The notes beneath the pieces were generated by a model. The model had not been told where the DNA came from, made no database searches, and worked only from the letters and a program-made list of their open reading frames with translations. This document shows positions 24,393 to 32,000 of a stretch of 32,000 nucleotides of DNA, piece by piece. The translations under genes and the position numbers were made by a program. The stretch comes from Copranaerobaculum intestinale (lineage in GTDB: Bacteria > Bacillota_I > Bacilli_A > Erysipelotrichales > Erysipelotrichaceae), in the NCBI RefSeq assembly GCF_009831105.1, contig NZ_WUUQ01000005.1, positions 30,001 through 62,000 on the forward strand. Reading direction: 5' to 3'. The first letter of the stretch is position 1. The number at the start of each line of letters is the position of its first letter.

Positions 24393-24774
24393 GTTTAGAT
24401 TGAATTTTTTGAATAATTGCCCGATCGGCTTTCTGAAATCCATAATCGTTTAGTTCATCTGCCGAAACCCATTGCATTTCCTTGTGAACATGCAGGGTTG
24501 GCTGTCCCCTGAGGATTCTGCAGCGATAGGCATGGACATGAAGCAGGGTATCATCGAATGCATCCTCCACCGTTGTCAAATATTCAAGGATCTCCACGTC
24601 AACATCCAGTTCTTCTTTTAATTCGCGCTTCACCGCATCCTCGCGGCTTTCTTTGGGCTCTACTTTCCCGCCGGGGAATTCCCATATATCTTCATGAATG
24701 CCTTTTCCCCGTTTGGCGATGAGATAGACGTTTCCCTGTTCAATCGCGCCGCATACCACTTCGATTTCTTTCAT
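24382..24774 (-). CDS. NUDIX hydrolase, MutT-like (deoxy)nucleoside triphosphate pyrophosphohydrolase
   Basis: The NUDIX box is GGKVEPKESREDAVKRELKEELDV. A GAGGTGA RBS precedes ATG 24774 (MKEIEVVCGAIEQ). The track start at 24918 is an upstream extension. Confidence 0.85.
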   Translation of the reverse strand: MKEIEVVCGAIEQGNVYLIAKRGKGIHEDIWEFPGGKVEPKESREDAVKRELKEELDVDVEILEYLTTVEDAFDDTLLHVHAYRCRILRGQPTLHVHKEMQWVSADELNDYGFQKADRAIIQKIQSKQNR

Positions 24775-24866
24775 GCTGTTCACCTCACAGGTATTGTAAA
24801 ACGATTTTCCTTTTTCAGCAATCAAAATCGAGTCTTGGGTATTGATACCTGGATCGGTAAAATTTC

Positions 24867-24875
24867 TGATATAAT
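24867..24875 (+). promoter_or_regulatory. extended -10 promoter element for the Sel1/TPR gene
   Basis: TGATATAAT at 24867-24875, 29 nt upstream of ATG 24904. There is no good -35 box. Confidence 0.4.
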
Positions 24876-24903
24876 AGGGGTGACAAGACCGGGAGGTGAC
24901 AGC

Positions 24904-25983
24904 ATGGAATGGGAACACTATCGGGAAGCAGTTCAGGAAGAGGACTGGCAGGAGGCATTGCGGCTTTTAAAACAGGATGATGATCTGCCAAGAGATGAAC
25001 TGTATTATCAAATGGGTTGGATATATGTTCAGTGCGGCGATTTGCAGAAAGCTCTGCATCAGTTTTATCAGGCGGTTTCGGCAGGGCGTGATGACGGAGA
25101 GATCAATTATCAGATCGGCAGTATTTTGAATATGCAGTCACAATGTCGAAATGCGGTTATGTTTTTGGAGGAAGCTATCCACAAAGGCAAGGATGATGAA
25201 GTAACCAACAGTGAATTAGGGTTGGCCTTGAAGCGGATCGGCAAGACACAGCAGGCAAACCGCACATTGAAAAAAGCTATTCAGATGTATCGCAGCCATA
25301 TGCAAAATCACCATACCGATTTGGATATGATTTCTCGAATTGCTTATCTCTATGGGGAAATGGGAGAATGGCGGTCACAGCTCGAATATCTGCAGATGGC
25401 GAAGGATGCGGGCCGTGATGATTTGTGGCTGAAGCTGTCTTCGGCGGAGGCATGCATGAAGCTGAAAGAATATCACGCTGCCTTTGATGAATACCGGGAT
25501 GCGGCAAGAGCCGGCGATATGAACGCGCAGTTTCAGTTGGCGCAGATGTATCGCAAAGGTATTGGCACCGATAAAAACAGCGGTAAAGCGCTCATCTGGC
25601 TGGAACGGGCCTATGCTTCCAATCACCCTAAGGCTGCGGAAGAATTGTCCATGATGTATTTTTATGGGGAAGGTATTCCCGCAGATAAGCAGATGGCCTT
25701 TACCTGGCTGGAGCGAAGCCGTGAAAGCAGTGATCCCAATATGCTTTGCGAGATCGGTAAACAATTCTATCAGGGACTGGGGATCGACCGCAATCTGGCA
25801 ACGGCAATTCTGTATTTTGAACAGGCGGCGGCGCTCGATCAGCCGGAAGCTCAGTATTACTTGGCCCGCATGTATGATGAGGGTGAAGGATTTGTTCAGG
25901 ACCGTGAACGTGCCTTGTACTGGTATCGCCGTGCTGCGGAAAACGGAAATCGCATCGCCGTGCAAATCTTATCAACTCGGTAA
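24904..25983 (+). CDS. TPR plus Sel1-like repeat protein
   Basis: A GGGAGGTGA RBS precedes ATG 24904 (MEWEHYREAV). The C-terminal half has tandem Sel1 units: AQFQLAQMYRKGIGTDKNSGKALIWLERA, AAEELSMMYFYGEGIPADKQMAFTWLERS and AQYYLARMYDEGEGFVQDRERALYWYRRAA. The track start at 24694 overlaps the NUDIX gene antisense. Confidence 0.85.
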   Translation: MEWEHYREAVQEEDWQEALRLLKQDDDLPRDELYYQMGWIYVQCGDLQKALHQFYQAVSAGRDDGEINYQIGSILNMQSQCRNAVMFLEEAIHKGKDDEVTNSELGLALKRIGKTQQANRTLKKAIQMYRSHMQNHHTDLDMISRIAYLYGEMGEWRSQLEYLQMAKDAGRDDLWLKLSSAEACMKLKEYHAAFDEYRDAARAGDMNAQFQLAQMYRKGIGTDKNSGKALIWLERAYASNHPKAAEELSMMYFYGEGIPADKQMAFTWLERSRESSDPNMLCEIGKQFYQGLGIDRNLATAILYFEQAAALDQPEAQYYLARMYDEGEGFVQDRERALYWYRRAAENGNRIAVQILSTR

Positions 25984-26074
25984 GTACGCTTTTTAGACAG
26001 AAGAAATGATTTGTATATAGCATATTTCCTACTTTCTTTTACAATAGGAGGTGGATAAGAGGCAGGTGAAGGCA

Positions 26075-26311
26075 ATGAGCGTCGATCGTAAAATAAAAAA
26101 AGCAATCATGGAGATTGCTTTGAATCCGCTTTTGAATCATCGTGATAAGAATCGAAAGCGCACCGCCCGCAATGTGATGGAACTGGGGCTTTCGCTGCGG
26201 GTTCGTCCAATGGAAATACAAGAGTATGACCGCCTGTATGAGGAACTGCTGATCCTATTACTCAGTGCAGATAAAGACACTATCTTGGAGTGGATGCTGG
26301 ATCACTTTTAG
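26075..26311 (+). CDS. hypothetical small protein (78 aa)
   Basis: GGTGAAGG lies upstream of ATG 26075 (MSVDRKIKKAIMEIAL...). I recognise no family. Its stop overlaps the stop of the convergent TetR gene by 4 nt. Confidence 0.4.
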   Translation: MSVDRKIKKAIMEIALNPLLNHRDKNRKRTARNVMELGLSLRVRPMEIQEYDRLYEELLILLLSADKDTILEWMLDHF

Positions 26312-26877
26312 CGGGAAACCTGCTCCCGATATTTGCGGTAAGCGATTTTTTCTGTATCCTCAACCAGCTTTTCCAGCTGCTCGGCCAGCTGTTCCGGAGT
26401 TGATTTCATACCCTCATAAATCCAACTGATAATACAGCCGCTGACTCCATAGGCATAGAAGCGGGCGTAAAATTCTTTATCCTTGGCATCCAAATGATGT
26501 TCGCTATCCAGGTCTTCAATAGCCTGTAAGAAAACCGTAGTGGTCAAGTTCTGCAAATATCCCTGAAGATATACTTCTTCACTGCGGATCGTCCGGATAT
26601 AAAAGGCTTCATCCGCTTTCATAATTTTAAATAAGGAAAGCAGGTGTTCATTCCAATTTTCGAAGGTTACGCCGTCAATTGTCGGGATGACTGCTTCCTG
26701 ATAATAAATCCAGTTTAACAGTTCATATTTATCCTGAAAATGGTAATAGAAGGTCTGTCGGTTCAGTCCGCACTGGCCGGCGATATCCGAAACACTGATC
26801 TTTGAAAAATCTTTTTTTAAGAGCAGGGTCTTGAATCCCTGGGCGATTGCCTGCTTGGTAATTTTTGACTCGGGCAT
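26308..26877 (-). CDS. TetR/AcrR family transcriptional regulator (DhaS-like subgroup)
   Basis: The N-terminal HTH is ITKQAIAQGFKTLLLKKDFSKISVSDIAGQCGLNRQTFYYHFQDKYELLNWIY. A GAAGGAG RBS is present. Confidence 0.85.
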   Translation of the reverse strand: MPESKITKQAIAQGFKTLLLKKDFSKISVSDIAGQCGLNRQTFYYHFQDKYELLNWIYYQEAVIPTIDGVTFENWNEHLLSLFKIMKADEAFYIRTIRSEEVYLQGYLQNLTTTVFLQAIEDLDSEHHLDAKDKEFYARFYAYGVSGCIISWIYEGMKSTPEQLAEQLEKLVEDTEKIAYRKYREQVSR

Positions 26878-26946
26878 GCTCCTTCACTCCTTTATGTACC
26901 CCATTATACGTCTTTTTTGAAAGCAAGCAAAGGAGAATGTTTCCAG

Positions 26947-26975
26947 AGCGGTAATTATTACCGCTGTTTTTTTAT
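26947..26975 (+). promoter_or_regulatory. 19-bp perfect palindrome followed by a T-run in the TetR/polymerase divergent intergenic region (TetR operator or orphan terminator)
   Basis: AGCGGTAAT-T-ATTACCGCT (26947-26965), then GTTTTTTTA. Confidence 0.5.
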
Positions 26976-27017
26976 TTCGGACTGCCGTATATATGAGGTA
27001 CAGGTGGTGGTTAAAAC

Positions 27018-28265
27018 GTGGAACGGGCGATTTTACATTGTGATTTGAATAATTTTTACTGCAGTGTAGAGCTTGTGAAGCATCCAAGGCTCAAAGGGAA
27101 ACCGGTAGTAGTAGCAGGAGATATTACCAAGCGTCACGGCATTATTCTGGCAAAATCCTATGAAGCGAAAGCATATGGCATCACAACCGGAGATGCGCTG
27201 TATGAAGCGTATGAAAAATGTCCGGATCTGATTGCGGTCGATGCGCATTTTGAGGATTATTTATATTACTCACAGCGGGTAAAAGCGATCTATGAACGCT
27301 ACAGTGATCAGATTGAATCGTATGGTATCGATGAATGCTGGATCGATGTAACCGGTTCTCTGTCCTATTTTGGATGTGATGCGAACATACTGGCTGATCG
27401 TATCCGAAAGCAGGTGTTTGAGGAACTGGGATTGACCATTTCGGTCGGGGTATCTTGGAATAAGGTATTTGCGAAGCTGGGCAGTGATTATCAGAAACCG
27501 TATGCGACCACGGTTATCAGCAAGGATAACTATCAGCAGCTGGTATGGAGACTCCCGGCACAGGATCTTTTATTTGTCGGACGATCCAGTGCAGAGAAAT
27601 TATATCGGCAGGGAATCTATACCATCGGTGATATTGCTCGTAATGAAGCTTCGCTTATGAAGCAGCTGTTAGGTAAGGCAGGTGAGATGCTGTGGGCTTT
27701 TGCCCGCGGCATGGATGTGTCTAAGGTGGCGCTGTCAGATTATATGCGGGAAATTAAGAGCGTCGGCAATTCGATTACTACGGTACGGGATATTTATACG
27801 GAAGAAGAAGCAAAGCTGGTTTTTTATGTTCTGTGTGAATCAGTAGCTGAACGTTTGAAGCGGCAGGGACTGGAAGGCCGCACGATCTGTATCTATCTGC
27901 GCAGCTGGGATCTTCATTCCTTTACCCGACAGGTGACGCTGGATGATCCAACCGATATCTGTGAGGAAATCATGGAACAGGTAATGATGTTACTGCACCG
28001 TCATTATGCGTTCAAGGAACCGCTGCGTTCAATCGGCTTGCAGGTTACGCAGCTGAAAACCAAACAGCGTCCGGTACAGCTGACCTTGATCGGCGATCAA
28101 AAACGGCGCAGCCGCAGCCGTACCATCGATCAGGTGATGGCGGCAGTTCGGGAACGCTATGGACATGCCAGCATTAAACGCTGCAGTATGCTTCTGGAAC
28201 CGGAGTTAACTGCCTTTGATCCGCTTCATGAACATATCATCCATCCGGAAATATTCATTCGCTGA
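27018..28265 (+). CDS. dinB: Y-family DNA polymerase (DNA polymerase IV-like)
   Basis: GTG start with an AGGTGGTGG RBS. ILHCDLNNFYCSVE, YGIDECWIDVTG and SVGVSWNKVFAKLGSDYQKP are the Y-family palm/finger motifs. Confidence 0.85.
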   Translation: MERAILHCDLNNFYCSVELVKHPRLKGKPVVVAGDITKRHGIILAKSYEAKAYGITTGDALYEAYEKCPDLIAVDAHFEDYLYYSQRVKAIYERYSDQIESYGIDECWIDVTGSLSYFGCDANILADRIRKQVFEELGLTISVGVSWNKVFAKLGSDYQKPYATTVISKDNYQQLVWRLPAQDLLFVGRSSAEKLYRQGIYTIGDIARNEASLMKQLLGKAGEMLWAFARGMDVSKVALSDYMREIKSVGNSITTVRDIYTEEEAKLVFYVLCESVAERLKRQGLEGRTICIYLRSWDLHSFTRQVTLDDPTDICEEIMEQVMMLLHRHYAFKEPLRSIGLQVTQLKTKQRPVQLTLIGDQKRRSRSRTIDQVMAAVRERYGHASIKRCSMLLEPELTAFDPLHEHIIHPEIFIR

Positions 28266-28377
28266 ACAGGACGGCAGCTCGGAAATTATCTCGGACAAGG
28301 ATAATCCTTTTCAAAATGGGTTCCTGCCGTTATAATAGAAAGCGGATAAGCACTTATCAAAAGTGAGGAATACAGCC

Positions 28378-29625
28378 GTGAAACTGATCGATGATCAAAA
28401 TGTTATGTATATTGTCCGCAATGTGCTGGACGCCGTGGATAATCGCTTGGTAGCGCACGGCGAACGGGTCGCTTACCTAGTCTGGAAAATCATGGCCTTT
28501 GAAGGCCGGCTGCCCAAGGAGATCCGCATTGCGAGCGAACTGGCGCTGATGCATGACATCGGTGCTTTTAAGACGGATGAAATCGATTCGATGCTGACAT
28601 TTGATTGCGGTGCCTCATGGGATCATGCAATCTATGGCTATGTGTTTTTGAAATATCTTTCACCGCTGGAAATGTATGCTGATTGTGTTCTTTATCATCA
28701 TCTGCCATATGAAAAGCTCGCGGGTGTATCGTGCAGTCATCCTTATATTACTTCTTTGATCCATTTGTGTGACCGCATTGATGTGCTATCCCGCAGCGCG
28801 GAAGGCGTGACAAAGGAAAAGCTGGCGAGCTATCCTAAGGGGGAGTTTGATGAGCAACGAATCCGCAGCTTCTTCAAGCTTGAGGAAGCGGAGCAGATTC
28901 TGCGTAAATTGAGTGAGGGAACCTATCAAGAGGAAAATAACCGGCATTTTCAAAGGTTTAGATTCAGCGAAGAAACAAAAGTGAAGTATCTGGAAATGCT
29001 TGCTTACTCCATTGATTTCAACAGTGAACATATGGTGCTTCATACCATTATGACCGTAGCGCTCAGCGTTGAGATCGCCCGCTTTATGGGACTGCCCGAC
29101 AATGATGTAGAAAAGATCAAATACGGAAGTCTGCTTCACGATATCGGAAAAGTAAAAATACCGATGTCAATTTTGGAGAAAGCAGGGTCACTAAATGATG
29201 AAGAAATGAAAGTCATGCGTAATCACGTTGTTTACAGTGAAGAAATATTGAGCGATTATCTTCCCAGGGATATTTATTTGATCGCTGTACGCCATCATGA
29301 AAAGCTGAATGGCAGAGGCTATCCGCATGGGTTATGCGCCGATGATCTGACGATATCTGAGCGGATTGTTGCGATCGCCGACATCACCAGCGCGCTGTTA
29401 GGCAAGCGCAGCTATAAAGAGAAGATGTCACAGGAGAAAACGCTGCACATTCTGCATCAAATGGGTGAGCAGGGAGAGCTGGATATTGATATCATCAATT
29501 TTTTGGAGGAATATCAGAATGTGATTTTCAAGCGAGCCAGTGCCAGCGGGGATCATGTATATATGCTGTATCAGGAAATGCTAGAAGAATATCATAGACT
29601 CATACAGGAAGTTGCCCGGATTTGA
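28378..29625 (+). CDS. tandem HD-domain protein: degenerate N-terminal HD domain plus a canonical C-terminal HD-GYP domain (c-di-GMP phosphodiesterase type)
   Basis: The C-terminal domain has HTIMTVALS, LLHDIGKVKIP and HHEKLNGRGYPHG. The N-terminal domain has HGERVAYL, LMHDIGAF and LYHHLPYE without GYP. GAGG at 28365-28368 is 9 nt from GTG 28378, so the track start at 28363 falls within the RBS. Confidence 0.85.
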   Translation: MKLIDDQNVMYIVRNVLDAVDNRLVAHGERVAYLVWKIMAFEGRLPKEIRIASELALMHDIGAFKTDEIDSMLTFDCGASWDHAIYGYVFLKYLSPLEMYADCVLYHHLPYEKLAGVSCSHPYITSLIHLCDRIDVLSRSAEGVTKEKLASYPKGEFDEQRIRSFFKLEEAEQILRKLSEGTYQEENNRHFQRFRFSEETKVKYLEMLAYSIDFNSEHMVLHTIMTVALSVEIARFMGLPDNDVEKIKYGSLLHDIGKVKIPMSILEKAGSLNDEEMKVMRNHVVYSEEILSDYLPRDIYLIAVRHHEKLNGRGYPHGLCADDLTISERIVAIADITSALLGKRSYKEKMSQEKTLHILHQMGEQGELDIDIINFLEEYQNVIFKRASASGDHVYMLYQEMLEEYHRLIQEVARI

Positions 29626-29691
29626 GGTTTATCAAAAAGCGAGTGTGTGGTATACTGATACTACTTGTATGAAGCATACAGGAGGTTTGTT

Positions 29692-30336
29692 ATGAATGAT
29701 TTAAGTCTTGATAATCTGATCTATCTGCTGCCCGCAGTACTGATCGCACTGTCGCTGCATGAATTTGCCCACGGTTGGGTTTCTTATAAATTGGGAGATC
29801 CGACTCCCAAAGCGGAAGGGCGGCTGACCTTGAATCCGCTTCGCCATATTGATCCGTTTGGCACTGTATCCTTATTATTATTTGGATTTGGATGGGCAAA
29901 ACCGGTCATGGTGAACCCACAGTATTACAAGGACCGCAAGTCAGGTATGATATGGACTGCCGTAGCCGGACCGCTGATGAATTTTTTTGTAGCTTTCATC
30001 TGCATGATGATCGCAGGCTTGATTTTAAAATTGTTTATGTATTCCAGTAATGATATTGTCCAATATCTCTATGTATTGATGCTGATTACGGCTCAGTTGA
30101 ATATCGGTCTCGGTATTTTTAACCTGATTCCGATTCCGCCGCTGGATGGCTCTAAAATCTTGGCCGGGATGCTTCCGGAGGATCTGTATTTTAAATTGAT
30201 GCAGTATGAGAATATCATCGGTATATTACTGCTGGTGGTACTGTATGCCGGAATCCTGAACGGTCCGCTGTATCATGCCCGCAGTCTGATCTTTGAAAGC
30301 TTCCGTAATGTTTCCTATATGCTATTTGGGATTTAA
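29692..30336 (+). CDS. site-2 protease family (peptidase M50) membrane metalloprotease
   Basis: An AGGAGG RBS precedes ATG 29692. The HEFAHG zinc motif sits in TM1, and the second motif is NLIPIPPLDGSKIL. Confidence 0.85.
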   Translation: MNDLSLDNLIYLLPAVLIALSLHEFAHGWVSYKLGDPTPKAEGRLTLNPLRHIDPFGTVSLLLFGFGWAKPVMVNPQYYKDRKSGMIWTAVAGPLMNFFVAFICMMIAGLILKLFMYSSNDIVQYLYVLMLITAQLNIGLGIFNLIPIPPLDGSKILAGMLPEDLYFKLMQYENIIGILLLVVLYAGILNGPLYHARSLIFESFRNVSYMLFGI

Positions 30337-30342
30337 GGACAT

Positions 30343-30368
30343 GGCCGCCGCTGGCGGTCTTTCTTTTT
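30343..30368 (+). terminator. Rho-independent terminator after the M50 gene
   Basis: GGCCGCC, loop GCT, GGCGGTC, then TTTCTTTTT. Confidence 0.6.
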
Positions 30369-30446
30369 GCCGGCATTTTCAGTTTTTAGCAGTAGTATTT
30401 TGGTTTGGGACTTTGTATAATAGACATAGTAAGAAAGGGTGAACCT

Positions 30447-31355
30447 ATGAGTAAATCACATAAAAAATGGTGGGTGATTCTGGCATGTCTGCTGGTTGCG
30501 GTAATGGTTGTCTGTGTTACCAAGCCGGCCTTTGCCATGGATGTAGGAAACAGTTTTTCCGGAGGAGGAGGTTCTTCGTCCGGCGGATCATTCAGCGGTG
30601 GCGGCAGCTACAGCGGCGGAGGATCGTTTGACGGCTTTGGCTTGTTTTTATTGCTGAGTCATCCTTCTGGGATTATTGGACTGATTATCATTGTAGCACT
30701 GTTTCTGCTGATCGGGAAAAGCAAGGCGAAAAACAGCGGAACGGGAACGAATATCCCCTATGCGAATCAGTTTTCCAGTAATTCCGGGATCAATGAAGAT
30801 GCCGTGATTTCTAAAATTCAAAATATTGATCCGGACTTTTCCGCAGAGAATTTCAAAAGCTATGCCAGTGAGGTTTACCTGAGTGTGCAGGAGGCTTGGG
30901 AAAAACGAGAATGGCAGACGGTGCGGCCATTTGAAAGCAATAATCTGTTCAATGTGCATAATCGTCAGCTGCAGGAATATATCGATCAGCAAAAAACCGA
31001 TCATTTGGATATGCAGAATGTTCGTGATATAAAGCTGGCAGAATTTCGGGTTGACGGAAGCCGGGAGATATTAACGGTAAAGTTAGATGCGAGTCTTCTG
31101 GACTATGTAACTGATGACAATACCGGCAAAGTGCTGGAGGGAAGCAAAACCGTCTATCAGCATCGCAGCTATTGTCTGGAATTTATCCGCGCGGCTGGGG
31201 TGAAAACCAATGCGGCGAAGGATATGACAGTGACAAACTGTCCAAACTGCGGTGCCCCGACGCAGGTGACATCGAGCGGTATGTGTGAATACTGCAAGTC
31301 GGTCATCACCACCGGAGATTTTGGATGGGTACTGAACAAATACGCCAAATGGTAG
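30447..31355 (+). CDS. Tim44-like domain membrane protein with a Gly/Ser-rich ectodomain segment and a C-terminal zinc ribbon
   Basis: The start is MSKSHKKWWVILACLLVAVMVVCV. The Gly/Ser segment is GGGGSSSGGSFSGGGSYSGGGSF, followed by a second TM helix. The Tim44-like core is FKSYASEVYLSVQEAWEKREWQTVRPF...ILTVKLDASLLDYVTDDNTGKVLEGS. The zinc ribbon is CPNCGAP...CEYCKS. Confidence 0.8.
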   Translation: MSKSHKKWWVILACLLVAVMVVCVTKPAFAMDVGNSFSGGGGSSSGGSFSGGGSYSGGGSFDGFGLFLLLSHPSGIIGLIIIVALFLLIGKSKAKNSGTGTNIPYANQFSSNSGINEDAVISKIQNIDPDFSAENFKSYASEVYLSVQEAWEKREWQTVRPFESNNLFNVHNRQLQEYIDQQKTDHLDMQNVRDIKLAEFRVDGSREILTVKLDASLLDYVTDDNTGKVLEGSKTVYQHRSYCLEFIRAAGVKTNAAKDMTVTNCPNCGAPTQVTSSGMCEYCKSVITTGDFGWVLNKYAKW

Positions 31356-31373
31356 AAAGGCAGGTAAACATAT

Positions 31374-32000
31374 ATGGGTTTAATTAAAGCAGCGTCCGCT
31401 GCGGCCAAAACGACGATGGCCGATCAGTGGCTGGAGTACTTCTATTGTGATTCTCTTTCTAATGATGTGCTGGTTCGCAAGGGGATCAAGCGGGTAGAGA
31501 AGGGAAGCAACTACAAGGGCAGTGAAAATATCATCACCAACGGATCAGGCATTGCGGTCAACGAGGGTCAGGCGATGCTGATTATCGAAGACGGCAAGGT
31601 CGTTGACTTTACCGTGGAGCCGGGACGGTTCACCTGGGATGCTTCCAGTGAGCCAAGCATGTTTGACAATGGCTGGAAGGGTTTGAAGGATTCGTTTAAA
31701 ATCTTCGGCAAACGTTTTACTATGGGTGGAGATGCCGGCAAGGATCAGCGAGTATATTTCATCAACCTGAAAGAAATTTTTGATAATAAATTTGGCAGCG
31801 GCACGCCGATGCCGTATCGCGATCCGACATATCGCGGTATCTATATCCGCTATTTCGGACAGTATACCTTTAAGATCGTTGATCCGATTGTGTTCTTCTC
31901 GAACATTACCGGCAATGTCAGCGATGCTTATACGAAGGATGAATTGTTGGAGCAGTGCGACATGGAGTTTGTCAATGCGCTCGATACCGCGTTAAGCAAA
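31374..32000 (+). CDS. SPFH-domain / COG4260 'virion core protein-like' (YdjI-like) protein, 5' part (runs off the window end)
   Basis: The frame is open from ATG 31374 to the window end (209 codons). MGLIKAA...ADQWLEYF...IAVNEGQAMLIIEDGKVVDFTVEPGRFTWD...VYFINLKEI...RYFGQYTFKIVDPIVFF matches the YdjI-type pattern. This ORF is not in the supplied track because it has no stop in the window. Confidence 0.75.
   Translation, partial: MGLIKAASAAAKTTMADQWLEYFYCDSLSNDVLVRKGIKRVEKGSNYKGSENIITNGSGIAVNEGQAMLIIEDGKVVDFTVEPGRFTWDASSEPSMFDNGWKGLKDSFKIFGKRFTMGGDAGKDQRVYFINLKEIFDNKFGSGTPMPYRDPTYRGIYIRYFGQYTFKIVDPIVFFSNITGNVSDAYTKDELLEQCDMEFVNALDTALSK

Noticed and set aside
24694-24903. A 70-codon upstream extension of the Sel1/TPR ORF overlapping the NUDIX gene on the opposite strand.
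   Set aside because: The extension is antisense to a well-supported NUDIX CDS and has no RBS. GGGAGGTGA precedes ATG 24904.
25375-25965. A 196-aa antisense ORF inside the Sel1/TPR gene. The same applies to many other track ORFs, e.g. 177..644(-), 1922..2296(-), 2429..2875(-), 22490..22966(-), 16994..17395(-) and 31780..31995(+).
   Set aside because: They are shadow ORFs lying entirely within, and antisense or out of frame to, genes with clear family signatures. Their composition is odd (Cys/His/Arg-rich or low-complexity) and they have no RBS.
26878-27017. I looked for a LexA/Cheo SOS box (GAAC-N4-GTTC) upstream of the Y-family polymerase.
   Set aside because: No such motif is present in the intergenic region, so SOS control cannot be claimed from the sequence.
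30540-30640. A Gly/Ser-rich repeat (GGGGSSSGGSFSGGGSYSGGGSF) that might suggest a collagen-like or repeat-expansion element.
   Set aside because: It is a short low-complexity linker typical of Tim44-like bacterial proteins, with no Gly-X-Y periodicity and no DNA-level tandem repeat of note.
1-32000. A whole-window scan for CRISPR arrays, rRNA, transposases, integrases, phage structural genes, toxin-antitoxin pairs and classical defence genes (restriction, helicase/nuclease pairs).
   Set aside because: I recognised none in any frame. The accessory-looking content is limited to the loci described in the findings.

Overview
This 32-kb window is chromosomal DNA from a low-to-moderate G+C Gram-positive bacterium. 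Gene content and codon usage suggest Bacillota, possibly an Erysipelotrichaceae- or Clostridia-like gut anaerobe, but that taxon call is a weak inference. All family calls come from reading motifs in the supplied translations; no database search was run.

Most of the window is ordinary housekeeping or accessory metabolism:
- split transketolase, an ACT/UPF0210 pair, and a SufC/SufBD-like pair
- an intracellular GH13 amylase-family enzyme
- a PadR-DUF1700-DUF4097 operon
- YfcE, CinA and an MFS transporter
- a large GH73 surface autolysin and a CpoA-like GT4 glycolipid synthase
- a NUDIX hydrolase, a Sel1/TPR protein, TetR and a Y-family polymerase
- an HD-GYP protein, an M50 protease, and a Tim44-like plus SPFH pair
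- two stand-alone tRNA genes (Glu-UUC on +, Leu-UAG on -)

I saw no CRISPR array, rRNA, transposase, integrase or phage gene.

The most unusual region is 12.0-16.6 kb. It holds a membrane-anchored, long-helical C39-like cysteine peptidase gene. It also holds a leaderless protein with four FN3 repeats and 11 Cys in its last 33 residues. Between them sits a strongly AT-rich ~1.6-kb cassette bracketed by a diverged ~95-bp direct repeat. The cassette encodes two paralogous secreted proteins of unknown family.

The second lead is an AT-rich gene at 4696-5883. It encodes a winged-helix/BTAD regulator fused to a catalytically dead GGDEF-like domain that keeps an RxxD I-site at canonical spacing. This makes it a candidate c-di-GMP-responsive transcription factor. 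A tandem HD/HD-GYP protein lies elsewhere in the window.

Several perfect palindromes sit on promoters: the PadR operator, a 38-bp element upstream of the GT4 gene, and a 19-bp element between TetR and the polymerase. Several ORF-track starts are artefactual upstream extensions and are corrected below.
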